From: Adineta vaga
Taxonomy: Eukaryota; Animalia; Rotifera
Direction of reading: 5' to 3'
Length of the DNA stretch: 64,000 nucleotides
NCBI GenBank assembly: GCA_021613535.1
Contig: CP075493.1
Span: forward strand, 5,022,001-5,086,000
The notes under the pieces are model-generated. The model saw nothing but the letters and a program-made list of their open reading frames with translations, did not search any database and was not told the origin of the DNA. Below are positions 12,143 to 25,794 of the stretch, piece after piece. Position numbers and translations under genes: made by a program. Position 1 is the stretch's first letter. Each line of letters begins with the position of its first letter.

Positions 12143-12871
12143 TTATGATGATGCTGCTGCTGCTGCTGCGGTAGTGGTAGTGGTACTTGCAGCATTTTTG
12201 CCTGAACGTTTACTAGCAGAAGCACCAGTTGATGAAGATGTTGTGGTTAAAGCTAATCGTTGACCACGAAGTAAAGCAGATGCTCGACGAAGAGCAGCCT
12301 AAAAGAAAATTTTCATCTTTATTAACAAAAGACACTTATTTCAAATGAACAAACCATTTTAAGATCTTTACGATAACGTTGTTGACGGATTGTTCGTCGA
12401 ATACTAGTTAATGTACGACGTGAATCCTTGGTAAGTTTGACCTTACGAAAACGTTTGAGTGGTTTTTTTGAATCTAAATCAAAATATCAACAGTAGAAAA
12501 CGAAGTAAGAAATATGAATAAAATATACATACTTTTAGCACTACCAGTTGTGAAAACAACACCTTTACCATCTTTAACAGCCTCAACACCAACAACTTTG
12601 GGATGAATAAGACCGTTAAAACGATAGTTATTACGATTTTTCAAATTGTTTGGTTCCTTAAATGTCAAAGATACTGATAAAAAAACGAAGACTTATATCT
12701 TAGAATTCTATGTACTGTTGTAAGTGTGCCTAATTTTCGTTTTTGTAAAAATGATGAGTTATTACGAATAACCATCCATTGAACTTGGGAAGAAGCTTGA
12801 TCAAATCCTAAAATTTTCTCTTGATTAAAAATGATACATTTGAAAAGAACAAGCTTACGTCCACGAACCAT
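12143..12871 (-). CDS. RPL28: 60S ribosomal protein L28 (eL28) with Ala/Thr/Ser-rich tail
   Basis: [12 protein letters not shown]...[25 protein letters not shown]...[18 protein letters not shown]. Confidence 0.95.
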
Positions 12872-13335
12872 ATTTTAGGCGACGAATTACAAGAAAAAAA
12901 CAATCTAAATTAAAACAAAAATGAAATGATCTCTTCAAAAGTTATTTCCGTCATTTTTTCGTTCGATCAAAGAAAATAAATAAAAAATAATAATCTTCTC
13001 TTTTACCTATTCAGGATTGGGTAATAATTTTAACCATTCTGATAAATGTATTCATGTGTGTGTGTATTTCATTTTGTCCTTGATGCACTAGTGTGTCAAG
13101 CTATTATCTTTTTCAAGAACGTCGCTAAAATCAAACTATTGAATTGTTCGATCTTTAGTCAAATTTACAAATTCTAGAGAAGAATTATAATTTTGCAACA
13201 ATGAATTATATCTAATAAAAGTCACATTGTCTAAAAGTATCTCATCCAATAATGTTCTATTAACACTTGATAATTTTCATTCAAACAAGTTCTCAAAAAA
13301 AAACACGAGATTTTTATATTCTAAATCAAACAGAT

Positions 13336-13900
13336 ATGATTACCGAACAGATTGTATTAGGTTTAGTCGGTTTAACTCTATCTCTCTATGCATATCATGT
13401 TAAACAACAACGTCAACGAAATCCAAAATATAGAGCATTATGTGATATAGGAGTAAATGCAAGTTGTAGTAGAGTTTTAACAAGCGAGTAAGTCATTATT
13501 TCAAAGCGTTTAGATATATATAAATTTGATGACATATATTACGTAGATATGGTACAGGATTTGGTCTTGCTAGTTCATTATTTGGTAAAAATAGTATTAT
13601 GAATACTTCCAATGTATATTATGGTATAATATTTTATATCTTGCATATTAGTTTTGGTAAGAAATCAACATATGGTCTCTTAAGTATTGTTTGTTGTCTT
13701 TTTATTTCGTAGGTTTGATAGCAACATCATTTTTCAATAAAGTAGCATTATTTACATCGATAGTATCTTGTCTTGGTTCATTCTATTTAGCTTATATTCT
13801 TGCATTTGTTCTTAAAGATTTTTGTCTTGTTTGTGTTGTAACTTATGTTATTAATGCTGGTCTTTTTTGGTCAAATTTGCACACAGTTTATTCAAAATAA
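13336..13900 (+). CDS. VKORC1: Vitamin K epoxide reductase
   Basis: LSLYAYHV...YRALCDIG...[16 protein letters not shown]...[23 protein letters not shown] with redox CxxC. Confidence 0.95.
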
Positions 13901-15495
13901 TGTTTCTATTTTCGACAATAAAACAGATCATAATTAGATCGTCATTCTTCGTACACTGGATTCAATCAAAAAGATACAATGAATAATCGAGAGATACTTC
14001 TAAAGTACTCAACTTTCATATTAAGAACTGAAATTAGTAATCAAAGCATCTACTTGTGTTTGAGAGTATCAGTGAATATTAAAAATATGCAGCGAAAGAT
14101 CAACAAGAACATTTCTATTCCTGTGAAGAATAATAAAACAAAGTGCAAACATATAAATTTTCTATCAGTCACATGTTTCTTTCCTTTAGAAGTCATTTTG
14201 ACTAACTAAACGAAGGTTACGTATTCAAGTGCAAAATATCTCAATGATGGTTTATATTTAACTCTCAAATCGTTATATAGTCATCGATTGAAAGTACATC
14301 TATAGATCTGCGTTACTCTTCATGGAATTTAACTTTTGTGTGTCAATATGATCATTCTGTAAGTGTTGTAGTCAGGTTATCCATAACTATTGTTCAAAGA
14401 AAAGGAATAGTTCCTATTCAATATTTGACGATATAATTTAAGAGTATGTTACCGACAATATATTTGATCACGTAGCAATTTCACTTCCGACAAGAACAGA
14501 AAATGTACGAGTCTGTTCTAAAAAATAAATTCAAACTAAGCACGTGTGATAACTGGACGAGCGAGCGATAGAGAGAGGGACAAAATGACCTAGATTTACT
14601 TCTGCCATACTATGAGAATAATCAAAGAATGACTATGAATATGAATCACCTTATCATAAGTACATGGAAGTTTCTAATATATATTTAACTAAATACTTAA
14701 TTGATATCTGGTATGGCGCAGAGAATAATTACTAAAATAGATATATAATTTATAAACAACAGAAAGATTCTTTATCTCTTATAGTAATGATTGTTTATTG
14801 ATACTAATTGTGTATCTATTTTCATTAATATATTACTCATTTGTTTTCTATTAATACGTTCGATCACAAACATATTTTTAATCGAAAAATTTAGATGCGA
14901 TTATATTTATTAAGATAAATATTTCATATTTAATCTAATTTATGTGACCTACATTAAAAGTCAAGTACAACAATATCATTCAAAGTTATCTTACTTATTT
15001 TCAATAAAGGTTTAGATATAACCTCAAAAACAACATAACATTATGCAATATATAAGATTTTATATAAGGGTTAAAAAAACATCTTAGCCGTAGAGAAATT
15101 TGCATGTGAAGACGACAAATAGAAAGAGAGAGAAAATAAGTAAATGAAGAACAGAGAAACAGACTGCACTCTCTTTCTTCCAACATTCAGGCATAAATAG
15201 AGACCTTGATTTGCAATATTACACTGGTAAATTTTCTGTATACATTTTACTAGTTCTCGAATAAACTTTGCACTAAACCAAATTGCGATCTGATTTTTTA
15301 ATAAACAAATTCTATTGTATAAGTTAGAAGGTCTTTATTATTGATCATACATCATAAATAAATATGCGATGAGAAACAACAGATGTTGAAAGGTTACCTG
15401 ATATTCAAGTCACTTGAATTTCGAATAAAAAAATAGATATTTCTGTTGTTAATTTATTAAACTCCTTTTATTTAATTTAGAATTCACATATTCGA

Positions 15496-16840
15496 ATGTC
15501 TGCATCTCCAGAAGACGATAAAAAATCGCCGAAGAAAACAAATAGTATCTGTCAAGTATGTGGTGATAATGCATCAATCATTAATTACGGTGTACTAACG
15601 TGTCCATCATGTCGAACATTCTTTCGTAGAAATGGTTTTAATATAAAAGTTAGTAATAAAAAAAAACAAATTATAACTTATTTTCTTTGTTTGTTTTAAG
15701 GAATTTTCAGTCTGTCGATATGATGGTCATTGTGAAATAACGCAAGCAACAAGAAAATCGTGTACTGTATGTCGTCTAACTAAATGTCTTACTGTTGGCA
15801 TGAGTCCCGAATTGATTCGTAAAGAAGAATTAACTAGGAGCAAACGTAAATCTGATAATCAAGAAGTAAATGAATATAGAACAATTACGGTACGTACAAG
15901 TTGAATTTAGATAATGTAAAATCAGTGTAATTGTTTCACAAATTCTTGAAAACTCGTTGTCAATGACTTATATCACATACAAACTTTTGTCACTTTGAAT
16001 TCTAAAAGCATTTCATACTTATTTTCTTTAATTTAGACAATTTCACAAACATCTGTATTGAATACTTCACGAGATGGTTTTTCATTGACGACTACAGAAT
16101 TAGTGACGATTTCCAATATAAATCATGCATTCGATGTGTTTAGTCCAATTACTGATATTCGACGTATGATTGAAACAATCAATACATCAGCATCCAATTC
16201 TCGATTTGATTTAAAACTAACTTATGAAATGCTATCAGCATTCTCGAATTGTTTGTTATTATTTATTAGTTCGACACCTGATTTTAAAGTCTTAACAACA
16301 TCTGAACAATGGTCTCTTTTACAACGAAATATGTTTGGTCTTCTCTCTTATGGTGGAATGTATTTAATGCGTGAATCAGGTATATTTGATAAGCCGGAAA
16401 ATGAAATGGCTGTTCTTCCTCTTTACGGTATTGATATTATTCAACAAGCACGAATTATTAGTACACAATTCGATTGTGATTCAACGTTGATTAAATTAAT
16501 GTTAATTGTGCTTGCATTTTCTTCAAATTGTTTTACGAAAACTAATCGTACAAGTTCAGATAAAGATAGTTTATTGTATGGTACATTTCGTTTATTTGGA
16601 AGTCAAAATGTTTACGTTGAACTTCTTTGGAAATATTTAAGTTATCAATGTGATGATTATCAAGCAGTTCAACGTTTTTCAAAACTTATTAAGCAATTTC
16701 TTGACACATTTAAACTATCCTGTGATATTTATCAAAGTAATGAAACCTATCAAAAATTTGTTGATAATATTCTTGAACAAGCAGAGAAATCTGCTGTGAT
16801 TAATGAAAAGACAATCATACCATTATGGGGAAAAAATTAA
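15496..16840 (+). CDS. Divergent nuclear hormone receptor (C4 DBD + LBD)
   Basis: CQVCGD...NYGVLTCPSCRTFFRR, second finger CRYDGHCEIT...RKSCTVCRLTKCLTVGM; LBD signature PDFKVLTTSEQWSLL. Confidence 0.9.
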
Positions 16841-17258
16841 TTATTCAATGTATAATAGTAATCTATTTTCATATTTCTCCTTCTTAATGTGTCAGATACG
16901 CAACAATTGTGTTAAATGAAACGAATTTAAAAAAATTTGTCAAATAAAATGAAACATTACAATTCTATTCAAATCTTTTTATATGTATTAGAAATTAGAA
17001 GAAATAAAATTTAAAATATTATTATAAGAGATTTTATTGAATGTCAGATGCATGTGGAATAATCAGAAAAAAATTGATATTCTTTCAAAATATAATAGTA
17101 TTTATATGGCATTAGTGATCTTATTTGATTTTGAAATGTACTACTTCAGAAAACTACATTGACTATAGTTCATTCATTCATAGTCCAATTTCATTTAGTA
17201 TTTGTTGGTATTTTAGTTTAATTAATTAGAAAACAGAAAAAAAATGTTTAATGTCGTA

Positions 17259-18119
17259 AAATATTTTTCATTCGTAGTTGATGTGTCTTCTTGGCATTTA
17301 TTTCTGATTGATCAAATATATTCGAAAATTTTGTGAACGACGTATACATAACTAACGCTTGTATAGGTATCGGTTGTTTACATGCTTCTTCCTATATCAT
17401 TATCGTAACAAGCTCGAGAGATAAACAAAATCATTACGTGTCAATCGAAACTTACAAAATCTTTTGGATACATTACAGCAACTGCTGATGCTACAATATA
17501 TCAATAGAATAACATGTAGAATAAACGCAACTATTAATTTCAGTTTGACAGTCATATTTCTTACCAGCTGTAGTTGGAGTCGTTGAAGCGATTGTTGAAG
17601 GTATGGTTGTTGTAGACGAACGAGTTGGATTTCATATATTGAATACCCAATAGGTAGGATCATTAACTGCAGCAGACTCAGGACCTACAATATCAATCGA
17701 ATTTCGATCTATGAGATGCATAGATGACTACATACCACAGAACTCCGTTCCACTTACCACACCTATAATTACAAAGAACATTGCATCGATCGAATGTATC
17801 ATCTCCTACAAACATACCACTATCCATTGTGACATAATAGAAATGTCCAGGAATCCATGGTGCAGTTGGAAAACGAATGACAGTTGTGAAACCAGTGTAA
17901 GTTACTTCTGGTTCCCAACCACAATCATATTTCTGAACAATTTACGACGCCAAGAATATTGTTCAGGCAGTAGAAGATCAACAGTATTACTGGATGGAGT
18001 CTTGTTTACAGGATGTTTACATAGAAAAACAATACTCAGCGAAGAGAAAGATTGTCGTATCAACTGACCAACTTATCGTACTACCACGAAAATGAGAAAC
18101 TTGGACAATACAAATTCAT
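17259..18119 (-). pseudogene. Internally deleted duplicate of the HFRGG-motif gene at 2699-5191
   Basis: 17259-17940 aligns with high identity to 2709-3646 including introns, with several deletions; 17941-18119 encodes SHFRGSTISW and YSWRR; ~1.3 kb of the core is missing. Confidence 0.88.
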
Positions 18120-21100
18120 AATCCTCATCTATCGTAAATTGGAATACAACGATTTTGTTAAGAACAAAATGTGAGATTGCAATGTTCTTTTATAGTCATC
18201 TTTTCAGCTGGAAAGAATAGTTTAAATAAACACTCGTAACTGCATTGCTAAAGACAAATATTATTTCTATTAATTTCGAAGAATTTTGTTCTTAAAATAC
18301 GACTAACCGTTTGTCAATAGTTTGACAGATTGAAATATCTTTGGAATCATTTTCCACGTACAAAGGAAAAAGGAATCTTTGTAATATCGGAATTGAAAGA
18401 CATTTTATTCGAATGCTATACAGTTGATCGCGGAACATCAATTAGTTCACATTCGAATTTGTTGGATTGGTAATAGATAATTTGTTTTAAAATAAGGCGA
18501 CAAATGTTCTTTTTATCTCTAAAAAGAAAGTTGCTATTATTGCTACAAACATTTTTTATTATTTTTAGAACTAAAGTGCAAATGCAAACTAAAGTTGTTC
18601 TTGAAAAACCTTTCTTTTTTTTAAAGAAAAAGCACATTCAATTAGAATCTTAAAAAGTACGTTGACGTTGGAAAATGAGTTACATTAGTTGAGACATGTA
18701 ACGTATTCCGGTAAACTGAAAATAGATAGATTTGTTTTTGTTTATCGAAGTTATATTTTGATAGTATGAGTTTGTTCTATATAAATCCCATATCAACGTA
18801 TTATGTATCAGAATGGGAATGTAAATATTCAGAGGTATTGATGTATGAGATGATCTGCATAGAAAGATGAAGTCTTTTTTCTTCGAAGAAAAGAATAAAT
18901 GAGCTTTGCATGTCAAGCATTAAGGAATACATCATTTTCTTCAAATAAAACTCTGTAAGATGAAGAGCTCGTTGTTCTTCAGAACAAAAAAGATATATCA
19001 AACTATAAAGAACGATATTACCAGTAATTGATCTAAGCACAGCTGCATAGAATCTCTCATTTTTTTACTCTCTATTACATATTTTATAATTGATTTCATC
19101 AATGTAGTTTATAGTTTATTCTCAACTATTCTTAATTTACTTCTCCGGATATATTTTTGTATTAAAAAGATTGGACTCATATTTCCAACTCCATTTCCTC
19201 AACAATTTCCAATCGAGAAAAACTATATAGGATAAAGAATCAAACAGATGTTCAGATTCTCTTTTTATTTCTTACGTATATATATATATTGTTATACATT
19301 ATCATTCAAGTTAATCATCTATTTATGTACATAGAACGTTCAAGTATACAATAACAATGAGAACCATCAATCAGATCTATATTTCTACTCTTCTTTTTTC
19401 TATCTTCGCACGAGAATTGACATCATTTGACATTTTGCTTCATATGGAAAGTTTTAGTTGAATCAATATCGAAAGCATACGATCGAATTATTATTAATAG
19501 GGAAATACTTGATCGTTAGACATTCGATTGATGTTCTTTCTTTTCTATTCTCTTTTCATATCCGATTCTAAAGTGACTTGTAGAAGTACACTCATATACG
19601 CGTAATTTTATTATCTTTTGAGTACTACCTGCTTTAGCTGACAATGATCATTGACAGAATCGATCGACATTATTACTCTAACAATCTGTAATTGAATAGT
19701 TCCATCCGTTCGTCATTTATCATATTGTTCAATAAAAGAAAGACATTGATCATTTTCTTTTCTTGTTCGTCATTTATTTAGAGGAATATGTACTGGTTAC
19801 TATTCTTATTATTCATCACTAGTTCCTCATATTCATCAGATATACAATTGGAAGAAGAAGATCTTTGTAAGTATAATGAATTAACTTCTTCTTCTTCTCT
19901 TTAAATTGAACATGACGAGTTTTAAGAATGTCGATGTAAATGTTTTTTACATAGAGCTAGTTGTGATTGATGAGGTGATGCTATTGAATAATTAAGACGA
20001 AGTAGACGATGTCGTAAACATAAATGAGAACAAATAGGTGCAGAAATTGAAGGTGTACTATGGTGTTGAGATATCATATTTGGCTCCCAGCGAATCGTAT
20101 CATTCGTATCGAGAAGATAATTAAACAATTCTTTCGACATAGTTTTTTCTTTTAAAATCTTATCCCGCTTTTCTACGAATCGAAAAATTGACTGTATTTA
20201 TGAATAGATTCATCAAAAATGTTTTATATTAGAAGAAAGGTTTGTCGTTGTCATCTCATCGATAGGCCATGGTGAATAATAACGAGAAATGTTTTATCTC
20301 AATCTAATCGGAACATAGTTTAGATTTTCTAACAATCTTAAATATGCAAATCACTTTTTCTCTTCTTGTAAACAATCGCTTGTTTGAACTACGGACATTC
20401 TTATATGATTTGAATTTTAATTAGAAAAAAAACATGAAGCTCAATGTAATGAATCTGTTTATTTCTTTTCCAAAAAAAATCTATATGTTACAGGTCATGT
20501 ACAATAGTTATTAAATCAATCCGATACATGTAGTTTCTTTCAAATCTTACGTAAGACAAAGTTGCCGATAGAAGAGAGTTAAAAGATTAATTCAATACTG
20601 AAAGTTTCTTTTCCGACTAACTACTTCGACTAATCCTAGTATACAATGAAATTGCCTTGAGGAAAATTTCTTTAACATATTGAAGTTTATTTTAAATAAA
20701 ACCCATAGATTGCTTTATTTGAATACAAATCATGTCTGATGTTGTGGCAGCTGTTCTTTTTTCATTATCATTTCGTTACATCAGATTCGAACAGCTTGAA
20801 CGAGTTCGTGTGGAAAATAGTTCATACGATGTTTATTTCCGTTTTAACTAACGCCGGTCAACTTCACTACCTATTGGTGATTAGAGAACGATCATTACTA
20901 GTCAGCCGAAGATAATCTATACACTTGCCCTTGATCATCGTCATCATCCCCATCATTTGGATTTCCAAATGAATGATCAAACAAAAAAGTTCATTCATGC
21001 TTCTCATGTTCAAAACTACCACACCCGATATGTCATCATCATTCAATTAGCTGACCAATGTATAAGATCGTAATCATCGTGTTAAACTTCTTTTCTTTTC

Positions 21101-21381
21101 TTTTTTTTAGAAGGGGATCAGTAATCACGAAATAGAACATAATTAGCAATAAGCATGAGGTTCTTTTTCTCGTTTATGAATGTTCAATGTTTTGGAAGAG
21201 AAGAGGGCAAAAGGAAAGTGAACAGGAGAAGAAAAAGAAAAGGGACATAGAAAGCGAGAAAGGGATAGAGAGAGAGAGAAAGAAAAAAGACAAACATAGG
21301 GGAGAGTGAATGAGAGAAAAGAAAGAAAATGATTGTCCATTTTTACTTGACACCTTGTCCAAGAGAGAACAGAAGAAAATC

Positions 21382-24260
21382 ATGTTGATATTCTTGTTAT
21401 ACATCCTTCTCAATTTAGCTGGTTCTCTCGTGGCTTTTGATACAACAACGGAAAATTATACGGTTCCAGTTAGTGGTAAATGTGTTTTAACTTGTTATGT
21501 AACGGAAGTTCGTTCATTCAAAGTAAGTTATTTTCATTGAAATTCTATCTCTATTGTGTCTTTATCAATGTTTTCCCTTTCTTCGTCTGTTCGCCAGACG
21601 TAATTGTACTCTTTTGTTGGTTCAACAAACCTTTTTGTATATGTATGTGTGTTGATAACCAACATTTGTGATGTATGTTATCACAGTCGCATCCATCCAA
21701 GATGGGCTAATTAGATTGATATCACTCCCACCCCTCTCTTTTCCCAATCATTGATAAGAATCTAACTATTCGATGTCTGGTTTGATGTGGTAATACAAAG
21801 ATAAACAATACAGATATATCAGTCATAAATTAACTGGTCGGAAGTTTTGTTTTTTTTTCTCTTCTTCGTCATCCTCTTCCTATTATTATATTAAATTCTT
21901 CCGATTGAGATGAAGATTTATTTTCTTCGAAAGAAAATTTCATTTACTAAAATAATCTTTTTATTCTTCCGCTTTTGATATCAAGTGTTTAAACAAAGAA
22001 AAACAAATACGAACTCATGTACACAGACAAGGTCATCGATCTTTATTGAAATGACCGGTCAAGATTTCTTTTATTTTCTTTTTCATATGTACAGATGTTG
22101 TCCGATATGGGTAATTTGGTATTTGTAACGATTATTTGCATTGCTATGCGCAACATATTGCTTAGATGATCACAATCAAATTTCAAATTTCCATATGCGG
22201 ATGACGATTAGAGATCATTGGGGAATCGTCAATGTTCATCTCATATGATTTAAGATTCTTTTTCTCTCGTTTTCTTTCCAACTGTTGAACATAAGCTAAT
22301 TGAATGAATGAGTTTATAATTAAATTGTTCATATAGGTTCTTTGGCAAAAAATTGATCGGCCAATTATAGGCGGGAACCAAACGAATGTACAAAAACAAG
22401 AACAACTTACACTGATTGCTTTTGATGGCGTAGTCTATTCAAATAAAGATCATTATCGTCTTGAATCGGACTATGTTGGTTCCTATAATCTAATCATTGA
22501 ACGTGTTAATGAAGATGACCAAGGAGAATATCAATGTCAAATTAATACTGAACCAAGGAAAACAAAACGAATCTTTCTTACAGTTCAAGGTAAATTAAAG
22601 CTAAACATAGTTTAAACCATGACACATTAGTTTCTCTCTATTGTGAAAATGAATTGAAATGGGTTAAAATGTTTTTATATTCGCGTCTTGTCTATTTAGA
22701 CACACATTCACCCCATGACACATAACAATTAACATTTTCATTTTTGTCACGGATAGAAATTGAATCGTAAACAGTTGATAAGAATCTTAATCGAATACTT
22801 CTCTTGCTTAGTTTTTCTTTTTTTGTTTTGGAAATTGAATTTTTATTTGTTCAATCTATTTAGTTCCACCTCGAATTGTCGATTTTCGTCCCAATCCACC
22901 ATTATTTTCAATTCGTGCTGGTTCACCTTTAACACTTGCTTGTCGTGCTGAAGGTACACCAGTGCCTAACATCCGCTGGCGTATTCGTGATGCTGATGTG
23001 AATCGAGTTGAATCATGTAAGTAGACATGTTAATGAATGAATGAGCGAGCGTGTGTGTTCAATCCTTGATCAATCATCTTTTGACAAATTCACACGCACG
23101 CATTGACTCTTAAGCTACTTATACTGATCATATTGCGCAAAGACAAAAAAAGGAAAAAAAGAAGCAGACAGACAGGCAGACAGACAGACAGAGAGAAAAC
23201 AATAGGACACCCTTCTATGTGAAATTTCTCATTGAGCACGTGTCATGATGTTCATCTAAGGTCAAGAAGCGTATCTACTTGAACTTTTTGCTCTTCATTT
23301 TTTGTTTTGTTTTGTAATCTTATCTCTCACTTAACAAATCTCTACATATTTATTATAGTACCGCCTGATAATAGTAATATTTGGTTTGTTCCATCAATAA
23401 ACTATACATTTCCTCGTACGGTTGAATGTATTGCTGATAATGGTGTTTTACCTGCATCAAATCGAATATTTACAATTAATGTTGAATGTAAATAAGATTT
23501 ATTTACAATTCAAATCAATAGAAAAGATATATGTTATGTATTTTAGATCCACCTATAGTCAATGTCAATAATGATTTAATTCAAAGTGAACCATATCAAA
23601 ATGTCAGTATCGAATGTCGAGCATTAAGTCGACCACTTGCTCGAATAACTTGGCAAAAAAATGGTCAAATGATTGAAGAGATTAAAATGAGTAACACTCG
23701 AGTTAATCAAACATTGTTAATAAGTCGACTGACAATTCAGGTACATATAAAGTCAAGATTCTATTCATAGTCAAATAACATTGAAATTTGAATAGATGAA
23801 CAATAGTGATGATTTTGGACAATACAATTGTATAGCTGAAAATGTTCATGGTCGAATGGAAGCTATTGTTTTCGTTCTTCGTACGTTATTTAATGTCAAA
23901 TTTGTTTTCGAAATGAAGAGAGATATGTCTGTTTTTTTTTCTTTCCAGAAGAATCCATGACAACAAGTGAAAAGAATCATCGACATTTAAAACATCATTC
24001 AACTAGAACACATTTAAATCGATCAGTAGCAAGTAAATATACGAGAGAGAAAAAAAGAAGCGAAAATATGTTGTTTTTTTTTAATAAAAAAAAAAATCGA
24101 TTTTGTTTTTATAGAAATTCATTCAACAATTCCAACGACTACAACAATTGTATATATTGAACGCGGTATACATATCAGTTCATCATCTTATCGTCTACGG
24201 ACATCGAATATCTTCCTATATCTCTTGTTTTTATTTCAATTTCGAACAATTTATAGATGA
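21382..24260 (+). CDS. Three-Ig cell-surface protein, lachesin/DIP/IgLON-like, possible GPI signal
   Basis: Signal peptide; VLTCYV..FKVLWQK..YNLIIERVNEDDQGEYQCQINTEP; LTLACRAEGTPVPNIRW; ECIADNGV; DFGQYNCIAENVHG; hydrophobic C-terminus. Confidence 0.88.
23165..23192 (+). repeat. (CAGA)n microsatellite in intron
   Basis: cagacagacaggcagacagacagacaga. Confidence 0.8.
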
Positions 24261-24272
24261 AAAATAATCTCT

Positions 24273-24342
24273 CTGTGTGTATGTGTATATGTGTGTGTGC
24301 GTGTGCATGTGTGTTACAGTGATATATGATTATATATATATA
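24273..24342. repeat. (TG)n/(TA)n compound microsatellite between convergent 3' ends
   Basis: tgtgtgtatgtgtatatgtgtgtgtgcgtgtgcatgtgtg ... tatatatatata. Confidence 0.75.
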
Positions 24343-24374
24343 TTTATTAAAAAGAAATAAAAGTCAAAAGTCAG

Positions 24375-25794
24375 TCATGTGCATTCAGCGTCATCTGTTT
24401 CTTGAATGACTTGACGACGATTTTGAAAGTGAACAGTACATACAACAATAAAAAGAATTAAAACCATCAATGATACAAGTGCATATGTGTAAGCGACACT
24501 GATTACAGTTAACATATAAACATTCTTAGTACACCAATGTTCAGGATCTTCTGTTGTCTGTTCAAAACGTGGTATACGATAACGATATATTATATGATTT
24601 CCATAAATAAACCAAACAACAAGTATCAATGTTGTCAAAACATCCATAAATATCTAAATGAATTCGAAAAACTCGGTAGTTTTGTTTTTCGTAACCATTC
24701 ATCTTTAATCGATTTATTCCTGTATTAAACATTTCTAAACGTTTTTCTTTCATAGAACATTCTCGACATCAAGAATAACCTTGATCTTCTTCTAATTATT
24801 CATGTTGTCAGAAACATCATGAGTGACAATAACACATTTGTATGAAATCGCTCTTCCTGGATGATGATGATGATGATAATCTTCAATATTACGGAAAATC
24901 TTGTTGAACTAAAGTGAGGTCTATTCAATATTTAAATCTATTCTTTGGAAATTCATTCACGATTAACTAGATATCTTTCTAATGATAAGACAAGATATTC
25001 TCGAGAGATTTTCGCTTTCTAAAGATTCACTTCGTGTGATAATTAAAAATGACAGAAAATTCTTTTCTTATAATTTTATCTTTTAATATTTTCTCAATCG
25101 ATTATTTAATTAATCAAATCTCAGGAGACTTTTAGATATGAGAGAACTTCTTCTTCTTCTTCTTCTTCTTTTTTGCTTGTCAAATATCATACCGATCCAT
25201 TGTGCGTATCCGTTGCTTCTTCTTCGCCTGGTCCCCGTCGACGACTATATTGTTTCCAAAGAACTTGTAATAATTTTAATGAAGCTATTGCTCCACCCAC
25301 AAGTACAAAAACAGGAATATTTCGATCTAATGGACATTCTTCTAAATTTGATATACCTAAAGATAAAGAAAACAAAACAATCTTTGTTAAATCAAAATTA
25401 GTAATAAATCTTACCAACACCTATCATAATCAATGGTAAAACAAGTGATACAGCAAATACGAATGAAGCGGTTTCTATTGAAAAAAGAAATAACATAAGA
25501 AAAAAAAGAGAAGTTATCAATATCAATGATTTACTTGTTTCCATTAAGATTGAAGCTGTTTTATAGGTAAATTCAAGAAAATGTTCGGCATCTGTATATT
25601 CTTCGAAAATACGTGAATAAACCGAAATATTTGATTGACGTTCCTTCAATTCAGGAACCGACCATCGTGATGGATATCCACCAGGATTTTCTTCGCCGAA
25701 CTAAAATTATCAAAAGAAATAGATCGTTCATATATCTTTCTATTGAGAAATCAACAGTCTATATATAGATGCAAAATACCTGTTCATTAGTCAT
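24375..25794 (-). CDS. TMEM272-like multi-pass membrane protein
   Basis: LPLIMIGVGISNLEECPLDRNIPVFVLVGG and WFIYGN...P......WCTKNVY motifs; four hydrophobic segments. Confidence 0.8.

Noticed and set aside
18680-19060. Short minus-strand ORFs with an LDQL start reminiscent of an F-box remnant
   Set aside because: Multiple stops and no convincing motif; cannot be supported without a search.
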